Assembly (NCBI GenBank): GCA_049510295.1
Contig: JBEKZC010000002.1
Location: 57,797-121,796, forward strand
Source of the DNA: Verrucomicrobiota bacterium
Lineage (GTDB): Bacteria > Verrucomicrobiota > Verrucomicrobiia > Limisphaerales > UBA11358
Reading direction: 5' to 3'
DNA: 64,000 nt
Shown: piece by piece, positions 48,017 through 58,167 of the stretch
Layout: the number at the start of each line of letters is the position of its first letter
How positions within the stretch are numbered: position 1 is the stretch's first letter
The notes under the pieces: model-generated
What the model was told of the DNA's origin: nothing
The model's database searches: none
The model's input: the letters and a program-made list of their open reading frames with translations, nothing else
Translations under genes and position numbers: made by a program

Positions 48017-49417
48017 TTAAAATTTCCACATCAGGTCGGCCATCGCGTGGACGGCGCCGCTTTTTGGTTCACCAGTAGAAGCGTTCAAACCAGGATTAAT
48101 CAAATCATTCAGGAAGCAACTGAATGTGAAAGTCAACGAGTCGGTTATCGAGTAGTTGGCCTTGATCAAACTGCCTTTTATGTTCGTGCCGGCATAATAG
48201 CCAACCGCACCACCTGTGGAGGCGTTTTGGTAGTAAGCGCCGTTATCGTCATCCACCAATTGGTCATATATCGCGTCGGCTTCGAGATATTCGTAGCGAT
48301 AGGAAATGTCCCAGGCGTGTTTCTTGCCGGATTTGCCGAAAGTGATGCCCACCCAGTAGCCTTGGTTGTTGTTGTTGTTTTGAATCGCACCCACATTATT
48401 GATGTATTCGCCGGCCAGCTTGATGGGAAATGCGCCGGGGTATAACGGAAACGAGTCCAGTTTATAGGTCACGCTGGCATCAGCGATGATGGGCGTGTAA
48501 TTGTTGACCAGAGCCCCGCCGGCTGTGCGGGTGTTGCCTTGGTTGACGTAAGGCACATTGGCGGTCGTGAGGTTTGTGGAGTTGACGATGGCATATCCAC
48601 CGATGCCGAGCGACGTTCCGATTCTCCGGGTCCAATTCGCATTCCAAACTGCCTGCCCGCCGAAAAGTCCCGGGGCCCGAACGGATCCTTTGTCCGTGCC
48701 GCCGACTTCCTGATCCTCTACAAACGCCACGCCAGTAACCATGATTGAATGTTGATCATTGAATGTGTAGCCGCCTTGCACCGCTGCGCCTTCCGGCGTC
48801 CAATCCGGGTCGAACACCATGGGCGTGAATTGGAGTGGATTATACATTTTGCCAATGGTCGCTGAAAGCAACCAGCCGTCGCTGTTCAAAGCCGTCCATT
48901 TGCCGTAGGCGGTGTCAAAATAGACGTTCTTTTTCGTGCCGTTATCCTGAAGCGTGCTGTTGTTCGAGAGGGGTTGCCCGCCATAACCGCTGCCCGGTGC
49001 TGCATCGCCCGAGGTCAGGCTAAATCCCGCCTCCAAATTGTCCTTCATTGAAACTATCAAGCCAGCGCGCAGCCGGTAACGGTAGCGGATGCGGTCGTCA
49101 AAAGTCTTGTTGCCATCAGTGCTGGCTTGATCGTCAAACCGCCCGCGGAAGTCGCCGTAAAGTTTGTAACTCGTTATCCAGTCCGGCATCTGGAATTTGG
49201 AGTTCATTGCCTTGTTCAAGTCGGCAACGGAATCCTGCTGGTTTTCCGCCTTTAACTCCTTCGCTTCGTCCACCGTGAGGATGCCTTTCTGCTCCAGCTT
49301 GTTGAGCAGCGCGTCCACGGACGTTTGCGCGTGAATGTTCGGGGTGAGAGCCATGAGCGCCGTGGCTCCGGCGAACAGGGCGACTTTCGTGTGATTTTGT
49401 TTTTTAAGTTTTTTCAT
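48017..49417 (-). CDS. Putative outer-membrane porin heading the pst operon
   Basis: Signal peptide, LLNKLEQKGILT N-terminal helix, GDFRGR/RYRLR basic strands, terminal WKF. Confidence 0.8.
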   Translation of the reverse strand: MKKLKKQNHTKVALFAGATALMALTPNIHAQTSVDALLNKLEQKGILTVDEAKELKAENQQDSVADLNKAMNSKFQMPDWITSYKLYGDFRGRFDDQASTDGNKTFDDRIRYRYRLRAGLIVSMKDNLEAGFSLTSGDAAPGSGYGGQPLSNNSTLQDNGTKKNVYFDTAYGKWTALNSDGWLLSATIGKMYNPLQFTPMVFDPDWTPEGAAVQGGYTFNDQHSIMVTGVAFVEDQEVGGTDKGSVRAPGLFGGQAVWNANWTRRIGTSLGIGGYAIVNSTNLTTANVPYVNQGNTRTAGGALVNNYTPIIADASVTYKLDSFPLYPGAFPIKLAGEYINNVGAIQNNNNNQGYWVGITFGKSGKKHAWDISYRYEYLEADAIYDQLVDDDNGAYYQNASTGGAVGYYAGTNIKGSLIKANYSITDSLTFTFSCFLNDLINPGLNASTGEPKSGAVHAMADLMWKF

Positions 49418-49474
49418 GGTCGTTGTTTCAATAACAACGACACGATGAAACCACGCTGTTACAATCACACGGCG

Positions 49475-49496
49475 GGAAGGTTACAATTCGGTGACA
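49475..49496 (-). promoter_or_regulatory. Pho-box-like site upstream of the porin-pst operon
   Basis: Minus strand TGTCACCGAAT|TGTAACCTTCC, 11-bp spacing. Confidence 0.72.
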
Positions 49497-49640
49497 AAAC
49501 TTCGGTTCCGTAAGAGTGCGTCTGAAAATGTGTGTTGTGCGGGAGAATCGTCCTCGTCGTCGTTCTCGTCCTCGATTTGCCGGGCTTTCCGAGGACGAGG
49601 ACGAGAAGGAGAACGAAGGCCGTTTTTGGAGAACGCGCCC

Positions 49641-50639
49641 TTACCGTGCTGAAATTCCCAGCATCCGTTCAATCGGCAGGCGGGCGCGCTTCAAAATTTC
49701 CGCCGGTAATTCGATGCGCGGGGCGAGTTTTTTCATGCAGTCGCGCAGCTTCTCCAGCGTGTTCAACTTCATGTATTTGCACTCGCTGCACCGGCAGTTG
49801 TCCGACGGCATCCGCATCACATCGAAAACCGGCGCACAGAGAAATTCTTTGCCCGGACATTCCTTCTGCATCCGGTGGATGATGCCCGACTCGGTCACAA
49901 TCACGAACCGTTTGGCTGGGCTCGATTTGCACCAGGCAATCATCTTTTCCGTCGAGCAAACCGCATCGGCCAGATCGCGCACTTCGCGCAGGCTTTCCGG
50001 ATGGACGACAACCTTCGCGTCAGGGAATTTTTCACGCAATCGCAGCACCTGATCGCGCCGGAACTCCACGTGCGCATAACAGTCGCCGTGCCAAAGCGTC
50101 ATCGGACGGCCGGTCTGTTCCATCACCCACGCGCCGAGATTTTCGTCCGGCACAAACAGCAGGTCTTTGTCCTTCGGCGCGGCGCGGACGATTTTCTCCG
50201 CGTTGCCGCTGGTGCAAATCACGTCGCTCAACGCCTTCACCGCCGCGCTGCAATTAATGTAGGCGATGGTCCAGAAATTCGGGTTGGTCTTTTGCAATGC
50301 GGCGAGTTTGTCCGCCGGACAGCTTTCTTCGAGCGAACAGCCGGCGTCCTTGTCCGGCAGCACGACGATTTTGTTTGGGTTTAAAATCTTTGCTGTCTCA
50401 GCCATGAAATGCACGCCGCAGAAAACAATCACGTCCGCGTCCGTCTTTGCCGCCTGCTGCGAGAGGCCGAGCGAATCGCCCACAAAATCCGCGACGTCCT
50501 GAATTTCCGGCACCTGGTAATTGTGGGCAAGGATGACGGCGTGGAGCTGTTTTTTGAGCGCAAAAATTTCCTTCGCCAGCGGCTCGAATCTGGCCCGTGG
50601 CATCGTGCTGCGCGGCTGGATTTCTGCGACATCGGTCAT
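49641..50639 (-). CDS. nadA: Quinolinate synthase
   Basis: ILAHNYQ, GDSLGL, FCGVHFMAETAKIL, YINCSA, VHPES, CKYMK. Confidence 0.96.
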   Translation of the reverse strand: MTDVAEIQPRSTMPRARFEPLAKEIFALKKQLHAVILAHNYQVPEIQDVADFVGDSLGLSQQAAKTDADVIVFCGVHFMAETAKILNPNKIVVLPDKDAGCSLEESCPADKLAALQKTNPNFWTIAYINCSAAVKALSDVICTSGNAEKIVRAAPKDKDLLFVPDENLGAWVMEQTGRPMTLWHGDCYAHVEFRRDQVLRLREKFPDAKVVVHPESLREVRDLADAVCSTEKMIAWCKSSPAKRFVIVTESGIIHRMQKECPGKEFLCAPVFDVMRMPSDNCRCSECKYMKLNTLEKLRDCMKKLAPRIELPAEILKRARLPIERMLGISAR

Positions 50640-50920
50640 GTGGGAAAATTACTTGCCATTCGCAATGCCGTCAAACTGCGAACGGGTTCCTCAGTCGATA
50701 TTACCGAGATCAAGGAGTTCACGCCAGCGGTATGGGCCGCGACCACTGCCAAACAGAATGCACTTGCCTGCACCGCTTGAAACTTTTGGTTGGCAGGAAG
50801 AATCAAACCCAGCACTTCCCCGAACCAGCCTTTGCTTTTCGTGGAAAATCCAAACCTTTACTCCCATTTCAGATCGCCAGGGGATGCCTGTGACAATTTT
50901 TCAATTTTTCCGAGTGTAGT

Positions 50921-53900
50921 TCATGGCCCGATTTGGATGCGATAGAAGCGCCCGGGACCGGTGGTCATGGGCACCACCAGCGTCACCGGCGTCACCGGCG
51001 AATTGGTCATCAACAACACCTGCCAGTTGGCTGGCGGAGTGGTGAGATTGGTCGAAGTCAACACCGTGTAATCCAGGTCTTGAGGTCCGTTCACCACCAA
51101 AGTCAACTGACCACCCGCGGAACTGATCGAACTCACCGATGGCAGCGAGCTTAACGGATTGACAATCACATTGAAACTGTTGGTGGCGCTCAAACTCGTC
51201 CCGTTGTCTGTCACCACCACCGTCACCAAATTGGTTGTGTTAGCCTGGCTCACCGGCGCCCGCCACGTGAAGAGAGCGTTGGTGGCGTTCAAGCTGGTGA
51301 GCGTGGCGCCGGACGGGGTGCTCAACAAAGTGAAGGTCAGCGTTTGCGGCGGCACATTCGGATCGGTCGCCGCGTTGGTCGCCAACAGCGTCTGGCCGGC
51401 GTTGATGGTCTGATTTGGCGCCGGCGCCAGCGTCGGCGGCGTGGGAGTGATGGCAGTTACCTGGCCCACAAACGTCACCGCGCTCATGGCCGGCAGGATG
51501 TAGCTGAACGATGAACTGCTGACGGTGACGGGCGTTTGATTGGAGAGCGACAGGGTGGCCGAGGTAATCCACGGCGTCGCCAAACTGACCCCACCGGGAA
51601 AATTGGTGAGATTAAACGTCTGAATGATGTCGCTGCTGGTATTATTGAGGGCGACAATGACAAAATTACCCGTGTTGGCGTCGTTGAAGGCGCTGATGAG
51701 GGCGTTGCCGGTGGTGCTGGCACCAATGCGATAATAACCCGGCCGCACAAACCGGCTGTATTGGCCGAGCACATACATGCGCTTGGCGGGATTGCCGGAG
51801 GTGTCCGTCAGCCCTTCGTTGTCCGGGTTTTGGGAAATCAACCACCAATAATGCCACGCGTTCGCCTGCGCTGCCGTCAAGAAAAGATAAATTCGCTGGC
51901 CCCAGTAAAGTCCATTGCCGATGCTGCCATCATAAGAGTCTCCGGTGGACACTTCCGTTTCCCACAACGCTTTGCCGTTAACCGATAATGCCGCCGGGAT
52001 TGTCGTGTCACCGGTTTCAAAATTCATGCCGTCGTAATTGTGATTGGCGATAATACTCACGTCTGCCGCCGCGGCTGGATTATTCAGTGTCGGCGTGAAG
52101 AGCGCGGTATCGCTCGACCAGTGCTCGCTTTCGGGGATGATGATTTTGGTGGAGCCCACGCCCTTGGCCACCAGAGCAGCGTAGAGATTGGTGACAAAAT
52201 CACGAATCTGCCCGCCGGTCCACTGACATGCCTCGTAGGTGGTGACATCCGCGTCCGGCTCGTTTTGAACCGAGATGGCGTAGATGTTGACGCCATAGCT
52301 GTTTGACATGCTGTACACATAGTTGGCCAACTGGCTGGCATAGTTCAGATTGGTGATATTATTGCCGGCGCCGAGATAACTACCGCCATCCAGTCCTCCA
52401 TCGGTGGCTTGGTCACCGTCATAGATGTCGTTGGTGCTCTTAAATCCGGCTGCCGGCGTCCACGGCGTGCTCCACACCGTGGCGCCACGGGCTTGGGCCT
52501 GCTGCATGATGCTGATTTCACCCGTGCTCGGCGTCGCGTTCGATGAAGTTGAACCGGCGTACACAATGTGGTTGCGCAAGAGCGAAAGGCCGATGCCAGT
52601 GTTGGTGGAAAAAAACATGTCGTACTGTGCGGTGCTAAAACTGCTCTGCCATGCCGAGGAAGCGCCAAAGCCGTCAATGCGTTGATACACCGTGTTCCAG
52701 TCCACCGTACCTTGCGCGAATACCAGGGCGTTGACGACCTGGTTCAGCGTATTGGTGCCGCCCGGATAGTTGCCGCCGGAGTAGATGGCGGTGATCAGGT
52801 CCGTGCCCACCGGCAGATTAGTAATTGAGGCACTGGTGGCGCTGCCGCCACTCATCGCGTTGGTGCTGAACGGGCCGCTGGCCGAAGCAAATACCACCTG
52901 GCCAGTGGCGTCGCCGGCGATGGCCCCATTGGTCTGCACCGTGGCGGTGAAGGTGACGCCGCCGCCGTAGGGTGAAGGGTTGACCGACGAGGCGAGCCCA
53001 AGGGCACTACTGCTGATAATGAGGATGCTCGACGGGCTGGGTATGCCGTTGACGAACACCGTCACCAGCGCATAGCCGGGCGGTAAATTCCACCCCGGCG
53101 CGGAGGTGAACGAATTCGTGGACCAGTTGGTGGTCAGCAGAAACAAGGTCTGCTCGTTATCCAAGCGACGCAATTGCACCACTGGATAATCTGCCGGTGA
53201 ATCCTGGCAACCATTGCCGCCGGAGCCTTCGGAAATGCCCCGGAATTGGGAACCGGTGAGCATCACGCTGCTGCTGGGACTGAGTGGCGAGTTGACCGTG
53301 GCAATCTGCGGCTGCCAGGACGCATTAAAACCCAGGCCGACATTGTACAGCTCCGCGCTGGAAAGAACACCGCTTGATCCATAACCCCCCGCGACCAGCA
53401 CCTTGCCATTGGGCAGCAAGGTCGCCGTGTGATAATACCGTGCGGTGTTCAGCGGGCCGGTCGCCGTCCATGTCCCGGTGGCCGGATCGTACAGCTCCGC
53501 GCTGTTGGTAACACCGCTTGATCCATTGCCCCCCGCGACCAGCACCCGGTCATTGGGCAGCAACGTCGCCATGTGTCCATACCGTGCGGTGTTCAGCGGG
53601 CCGGTCGCCGTCCATGTCCCGGTGGCCGGATTGTACAGCTCCGCGCTGGAAAGAATACCGCTTGATCCATAACCCCCCGCGACCAGCACCTTGCCATTGG
53701 GCAGCAACGTCGCCGTGTGTCCATACCGTGCGGTGTTCAGCGGGCCGGTCGCCGTCCATGTCCCGGTGGCCGGATTGTACAGCTCCGCGCTGGAAAGAAT
53801 ACCGCTTGATCCATCGCCCCCCGCGACCAGCACCCGGCCATTGGGCAGCAACGTCGCCGTGTGAGCAAACCGTGCGGTGTTCAGCGGGCCGGTCGCCGTC

Positions 53901-55441
53901 CATGTCCCGGTGGCCGGATCGTACAGCTCCGCGCTGGAAAGAGCACCGCTTGATCCATAACCCCCCGCGACCAGCACCTGCCCATTGGGCAGCAACGTCG
54001 CCGTGTGTCCATACCGTGCGGTGTTCAGCGGGCCGGTCGCCGTCCATGTCCCGGTGGCCGGATTGTACAGCTCCGCGCTGGAAAGAGCACCGCTTGATCC
54101 ATAACCCCCCGCGACCAGCACCTGGCCATTGGGCAGCAACGTCGCCGTGTGAACAAACCGTGCGGTGTTCAGCGGGCCGGTCGCCGTCCACATCCCGCTG
54201 GCCGGATTGTACAGCTCCGCGCTGGAAAGAATACCGCTTGATCCATAACCTCCCGCGACCAGCACCCGGCCATTGGGCAGCAACGTCGCCGTGTGAACAT
54301 AGCGTGCGGTGTTCAGCGGGCCGGTCGCCGTCCATGTCCCGGTGGCCGGATTGTACAGTTCCGCGCTGGAAAGAATACCGCTTGATCCATCGCCCCCCGC
54401 GACCAGCACCTTGCCATTGGGCAGCAAGGTCGCCGTGTGCGAACAGCGCGCGGTGGTCAGCGAGTTGGTCGCCGTCCACGTCCCGGTGGCCGGATTGTAC
54501 AGCTCCGCGCTGTTGGTAACACCGCTTGATCCATCGCCCCCCGCGACCAGCACCTGCCCATTGGGCAGCAACGTCGCCGTGTGAACAAACCGTGCGGTGT
54601 TCAGCGGGCCGGTCGCCGTCCATGTCCCGCTGGCCGGATTGTACAGCTCCGCGCTGGAAATAGAGTTGCCGTTGCTGTCTTCGCCCCCTGCGACCAGCAC
54701 CTGGCCATTGGGCAGTAACGTCGCCGTGTGAGCATACCGTGCGGTGGTCAGCGAGTTGGTCGCCGTCCACGTCCCGGTGGCCGGATTGTACAGCTCCGCG
54801 CTGTTGGTAACACCGCTTGATCCATCGCCCCCCGCGACCAGCACCTGCCCATTGGGCAGCAACGTCGCCGTGTGATCTTCCCGTGCGGTGTTCAGCGGGC
54901 CGGTCGCCGTCCATGTCCCGCTGGCCGGATTGTACATCTCCGCGCTGGAAAGAATACCGCTTGATCCATAACCCCCCGCGACCAGCACCTGCCCATTGGG
55001 CAGCAACGTCGCCGTGTGAACAAACCGTGCGGTGTTCAGCGGGCCGGTCGCCGTCCACGTCCCGGTGGCCGGATCGTACAGCTCCGCGCTGGAAAGAGCA
55101 CCGCTTGATCCATAGCCACCCGCGACCAGCACCTGCCCATTGGGCAGCAACGTCGCCGTGTGTCCATAGCGTCCGGTGGTCAACGAGCCGGTGTTCGTCC
55201 ATGTCCCGGTGGCCGGATCGTACAGCTCCGCGCTGTTGGTAACACCGCTTGATCCATCGCCCCCCGCGACCAGCACCTGGCCATTGGGCAGCAACGTTGC
55301 CGTGTGATCTTCCCGTGCGGTGGTCAGCGGGCTGTTGGTGACCCAGGCAGCGGCTTTGGCCTCGTGGCTGACCGATAGATTGAGCGCCAGCGCGGCCAAC
55401 GCCAGTGCGAGTGAAAGGATTTTGTGTGTGACCGTTTTCAT
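50921..55441 (-). CDS. Large secreted protein: 14 Kelch repeats, Ig-like domain, GH30 xylanase-like catalytic domain, Ig/cadherin-like domain, C-terminal 'RFYR' domain
   Basis: Signal peptide (AKA-A); HTATLLPNGxVLVAGG repeats; QRIDGFG, WSTPWTP, SVQNEPD, LWETEV GH30 motifs. Confidence 0.85.
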   Translation of the reverse strand: MKTVTHKILSLALALAALALNLSVSHEAKAAAWVTNSPLTTAREDHTATLLPNGQVLVAGGDGSSGVTNSAELYDPATGTWTNTGSLTTGRYGHTATLLPNGQVLVAGGYGSSGALSSAELYDPATGTWTATGPLNTARFVHTATLLPNGQVLVAGGYGSSGILSSAEMYNPASGTWTATGPLNTAREDHTATLLPNGQVLVAGGDGSSGVTNSAELYNPATGTWTATNSLTTARYAHTATLLPNGQVLVAGGEDSNGNSISSAELYNPASGTWTATGPLNTARFVHTATLLPNGQVLVAGGDGSSGVTNSAELYNPATGTWTATNSLTTARCSHTATLLPNGKVLVAGGDGSSGILSSAELYNPATGTWTATGPLNTARYVHTATLLPNGRVLVAGGYGSSGILSSAELYNPASGMWTATGPLNTARFVHTATLLPNGQVLVAGGYGSSGALSSAELYNPATGTWTATGPLNTARYGHTATLLPNGQVLVAGGYGSSGALSSAELYDPATGTWTATGPLNTARFAHTATLLPNGRVLVAGGDGSSGILSSAELYNPATGTWTATGPLNTARYGHTATLLPNGKVLVAGGYGSSGILSSAELYNPATGTWTATGPLNTARYGHMATLLPNDRVLVAGGNGSSGVTNSAELYDPATGTWTATGPLNTARYYHTATLLPNGKVLVAGGYGSSGVLSSAELYNVGLGFNASWQPQIATVNSPLSPSSSVMLTGSQFRGISEGSGGNGCQDSPADYPVVQLRRLDNEQTLFLLTTNWSTNSFTSAPGWNLPPGYALVTVFVNGIPSPSSILIISSSALGLASSVNPSPYGGGVTFTATVQTNGAIAGDATGQVVFASASGPFSTNAMSGGSATSASITNLPVGTDLITAIYSGGNYPGGTNTLNQVVNALVFAQGTVDWNTVYQRIDGFGASSAWQSSFSTAQYDMFFSTNTGIGLSLLRNHIVYAGSTSSNATPSTGEISIMQQAQARGATVWSTPWTPAAGFKSTNDIYDGDQATDGGLDGGSYLGAGNNITNLNYASQLANYVYSMSNSYGVNIYAISVQNEPDADVTTYEACQWTGGQIRDFVTNLYAALVAKGVGSTKIIIPESEHWSSDTALFTPTLNNPAAAADVSIIANHNYDGMNFETGDTTIPAALSVNGKALWETEVSTGDSYDGSIGNGLYWGQRIYLFLTAAQANAWHYWWLISQNPDNEGLTDTSGNPAKRMYVLGQYSRFVRPGYYRIGASTTGNALISAFNDANTGNFVIVALNNTSSDIIQTFNLTNFPGGVSLATPWITSATLSLSNQTPVTVSSSSFSYILPAMSAVTFVGQVTAITPTPPTLAPAPNQTINAGQTLLATNAATDPNVPPQTLTFTLLSTPSGATLTSLNATNALFTWRAPVSQANTTNLVTVVVTDNGTSLSATNSFNVIVNPLSSLPSVSSISSAGGQLTLVVNGPQDLDYTVLTSTNLTTPPANWQVLLMTNSPVTPVTLVVPMTTGPGRFYRIQIGP
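53341..55335 (-). repeat. 14 near-identical 144-bp coding tandem repeats
   Basis: Counted from the translation; the DNA units are almost identical. Confidence 0.9.
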
Positions 55442-55859
55442 AATGTCTCGGGTCTGCATCATTCCAATGGTGGATCGTGGTTTGTCAGCCCGGTCCACAC
55501 CGGGCTGGGCACACGGGTCGTCGCTCGAAAAAAACAAGTCGGTGACTCGTGGAGGCAATTATAGTGGCTTAATATCACAATAGTGGAACAATAACAATGA
55601 AAATCGTCAGCGTGTTTTCGGCCCGGCGTCCGGGACGCCACCGGAGTCCGCTCCGCAAAGCGCCCCTGCCGCCAGTCGGACTCCCGGTTTCGCCTTGGAG
55701 CCGGTTTTGGGAGAGTCCGGGTCGCGACTGATGGCGGGCGTGATCTTCACCCGGCGCCACTCCGTCACTTCGAGTTCGACGACTTTCTGGAGCCTGAGTT
55801 GAGCGCCCAGGCAGATGGTTTTGGAGCGGGTTGCCGGTCGGGTCGAACGCGACTGGGAA

Positions 55860-56066
55860 AGCATTAGGACAAGGGGGGACAACCCGATGCCGTGGCGGGC
55901 GGCAAAGTCCCGTTGAGCCAATTGACTTTGGTGGTAACGCGCCAACTATCCTTGCCGCTGTTCAGGAGTCCAACGCCGCCGGCCTGATCCATTTTCTAAA
56001 GAGTTCATGCTGCCATGATTTCATAATCCAGCGCCGGAAACTAGACGTGGCCGCTCAGACGCATAC
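55860..56066 (-). mobile_element. IS66-family remnant (left end plus truncated tnpA)
   Basis: GTATGCGTCTGAGCGGCCACGTCT end at 56066-56043; MNSLENGSGRRRWTPEQRQG*LARYHQSQLAQRDFAARHGIGLS from 56008; no tnpB or tnpC. Confidence 0.7.
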
Positions 56067-56072
56067 GGAATT

Positions 56073-56525
56073 TTACGTCGGACGAGCGAGCCGCCGCAAC
56101 GTGGCGGTCACCGCCGCCAGTAGGCGGGATTTGAAGGTGGCCCAGTTCTTGACGCCTTTTTGCCTAGCGATTTTCTGCAACACCGGCTCGGTGCAGTTGG
56201 AATAGTCGCGGGCATCGGTAACAAGGATCAATGGCACGATGGCCTTTTCCGCCCATTCGTTGGCCGTGGCCTTGGTCAGCGGCGGCAGCAGGCGAGCGGC
56301 GTGAATAACCGCCAGCACGTCCTCATTGGGACAATCCTCCCGCCGTGTCCACCAAGTCATGTACAAATAATGCTGCTCATCCTGAATTGATTTAAACTCC
56401 ATGTCCCTGATTTCCTGGCAGGTGACATTTAACCGGTAAATCAGCGGGTCGAGATACCGCACCAGCGGCGTATCGGGCCGGAACCGCGCGCCCTCACTGG
56501 CATCGGTCGGATATCCCCTCGGCAT
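56073..56525 (-). CDS. Hypothetical protein, possibly a fragment from an integrative element
   Basis: 150-codon frame between an IS relic and a direct repeat. Confidence 0.5.
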   Translation of the reverse strand: MPRGYPTDASEGARFRPDTPLVRYLDPLIYRLNVTCQEIRDMEFKSIQDEQHYLYMTWWTRREDCPNEDVLAVIHAARLLPPLTKATANEWAEKAIVPLILVTDARDYSNCTEPVLQKIARQKGVKNWATFKSRLLAAVTATLRRLARPT

Positions 56526-56538
56526 AAACGCGATTCTA

Positions 56539-56613
56539 TAAGGTTTTCCGCGCCTTGAAGTGCCAAGTGAAACTGTGAATTTAAAAGTTCTTTCTATGGA
56601 ATGACTTAGGGAG
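56539..56613. repeat. 75-bp imperfect direct repeat, copy 1
   Basis: Matches 58168-58242 (shared AAAGTTCTTTCTATGGAATG core). Confidence 0.75.
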
Positions 56614-56640
56614 CCAACCGGCCTGCCGTCTTTAGGTCAC

Positions 56641-56700
56641 CCGACTTGAAATCGGAACGAGACTGCGCTCCTCGTCATTCGGTCGAGCGACTTGTTGGAC
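56641..56700 (-). mobile_element. Truncated attC-like site (left half)
   Basis: Minus strand GTCCAAC (RYYYAAC)-AAGTC-GCTCGACCGAATGACGAGGAGCGC..., 30 nt after the HNH gene stop; complementary arm absent. Confidence 0.5.
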
Positions 56701-56729
56701 TCGTTCTTGTTCATGGAATCAACCGAGAA

Positions 56730-57911
56730 TCAGAAAAAGAATTCGCTTGGGAAGTGCAGGTTGTGCCTCACCAGTGAGACAGCATAACGCTTGCACGAGA
56801 AAGCGAACGCGAGTTCGATGAAGAGTCGGCGATGTTCTCTATCAAAGAAGTTCACGTTGACGAACTCAACGTCTCCAGGACGCTGCCCGCTGGGGTGGCG
56901 GCAAAGCCTCAGAACGTACGCTGCTGCTTCACCGTGCGTGATGACGTGCGGAGGCAGGTTAACTGAGACGCCACGAAATACCCTTTTCGTGCCCAGTTGT
57001 TCATACGACTCGTCCACGCCGTAAATCTCCAAAAAGGCTCTCAGCATATCGGCTGGTGACCATGTGCGGGAGTGCCGGACCTCAGCATCGTACAAGCGCA
57101 GGGCACAGCTAGCAAGACGAGTGTTTCCCAGAAGCCCGGAAATGACTAAAGCTGTGAAGTCCTCTCCTATCAAATGTGGCTTCAAACGTTTGACGTAGAG
57201 AGAACAACGCGCCTGACTTTCTGGCACCTCATTGCCAGCGAAGAAATGCTGCGACGAATCGGGTGTACTCAGCACCGCTAACAAGGCTGAACGGGACAAC
57301 AGGTAGTGGCTTATACCTGTAAGATATGAGGGGGCCAGTACGACTGGCATTGGGTCATTCTCAGCCTTCTCTATCTCGACTTCTACGATCCCGACACTGT
57401 CCAAGGCATTCTTCTCCTGCGCGAGAAGGAGGCCTGCCAACTGGCGGCCATTGAGGCGGACTCTCAAGACCACACTGCCACGTCTTACACTAATCAGATC
57501 TATCCTTTCATCGTTTTGCAGAACCTGCTGGACGGCTTGCAGCACTTTCTCCGCATCAGATTTGCCAAAGTCGTCGAATTCTCGCTTCAAGCGGAGGACA
57601 ACGACAAACTGCGCCGCCCCCTCGGAGGCCAAGTGATTGTAAAGGTCTGCTCGCGCATGACGGAGTACGTCAGCGGATATGCCCTTTAACTGAGGATCTT
57701 TCCGGTCATAAAGGTTGTGGTGTGCAAAGCACAAGAATGCCAAATTTTCCTCTTCCGAGTTCGAAGAATCATGGTCGACGTGTGCGATCTGACCTTGCTT
57801 CTGAGTTAGATCACCGTTGAGGAAGAAGCACAAACAGCATCGGAAGCGACAGCACATCATGACCCGGCTCTGGATTCTCTGCGGCACCTTTTTCCGATTG
57901 GTTGCAGTCAT
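56730..57911 (-). CDS. HNH-like nuclease fused to a 'GSV' alpha/beta domain and an unknown C-terminal domain
   Basis: RCCLC...IAHVDH...NLAFLCFAHH; IDLISVRRGSVVLRVRL; atypical codon usage; start set at MTATNRKK. Confidence 0.72.
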   Translation of the reverse strand: MTATNRKKVPQRIQSRVMMCCRFRCCLCFFLNGDLTQKQGQIAHVDHDSSNSEEENLAFLCFAHHNLYDRKDPQLKGISADVLRHARADLYNHLASEGAAQFVVVLRLKREFDDFGKSDAEKVLQAVQQVLQNDERIDLISVRRGSVVLRVRLNGRQLAGLLLAQEKNALDSVGIVEVEIEKAENDPMPVVLAPSYLTGISHYLLSRSALLAVLSTPDSSQHFFAGNEVPESQARCSLYVKRLKPHLIGEDFTALVISGLLGNTRLASCALRLYDAEVRHSRTWSPADMLRAFLEIYGVDESYEQLGTKRVFRGVSVNLPPHVITHGEAAAYVLRLCRHPSGQRPGDVEFVNVNFFDREHRRLFIELAFAFSCKRYAVSLVRHNLHFPSEFFF

Positions 57912-58167
57912 TTCTTTGCTACGCACGCGATATCAGGTGGCGAATCAAACGTAAACGGAAGAATTTCCTTGGTATCTTGTATTGGACTGGTAACAAGGAA
58001 ACCGGCTTCCATGATATTTTCCGTTCACGAAAAAAGACTACAACTATGAATGCGGACGGTCAATCCCTCAAATTTCCGAGAGTTTCTTTTGTCAAAAGCC
58101 GGTCTTTAATCGTGACCGCCGGGCAAATGCGCTTGCCTGCTGCTATAAATCAGCCACAATCGGAACG

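Noticed and set aside
53341-55335. CRISPR array or diversity-generating retroelement
   Set aside because: Units are coding 144-bp repeats without unique spacers; no cas or reverse transcriptase gene and no separate template repeat in the window; several variable codons do not fit adenine-only mutagenesis
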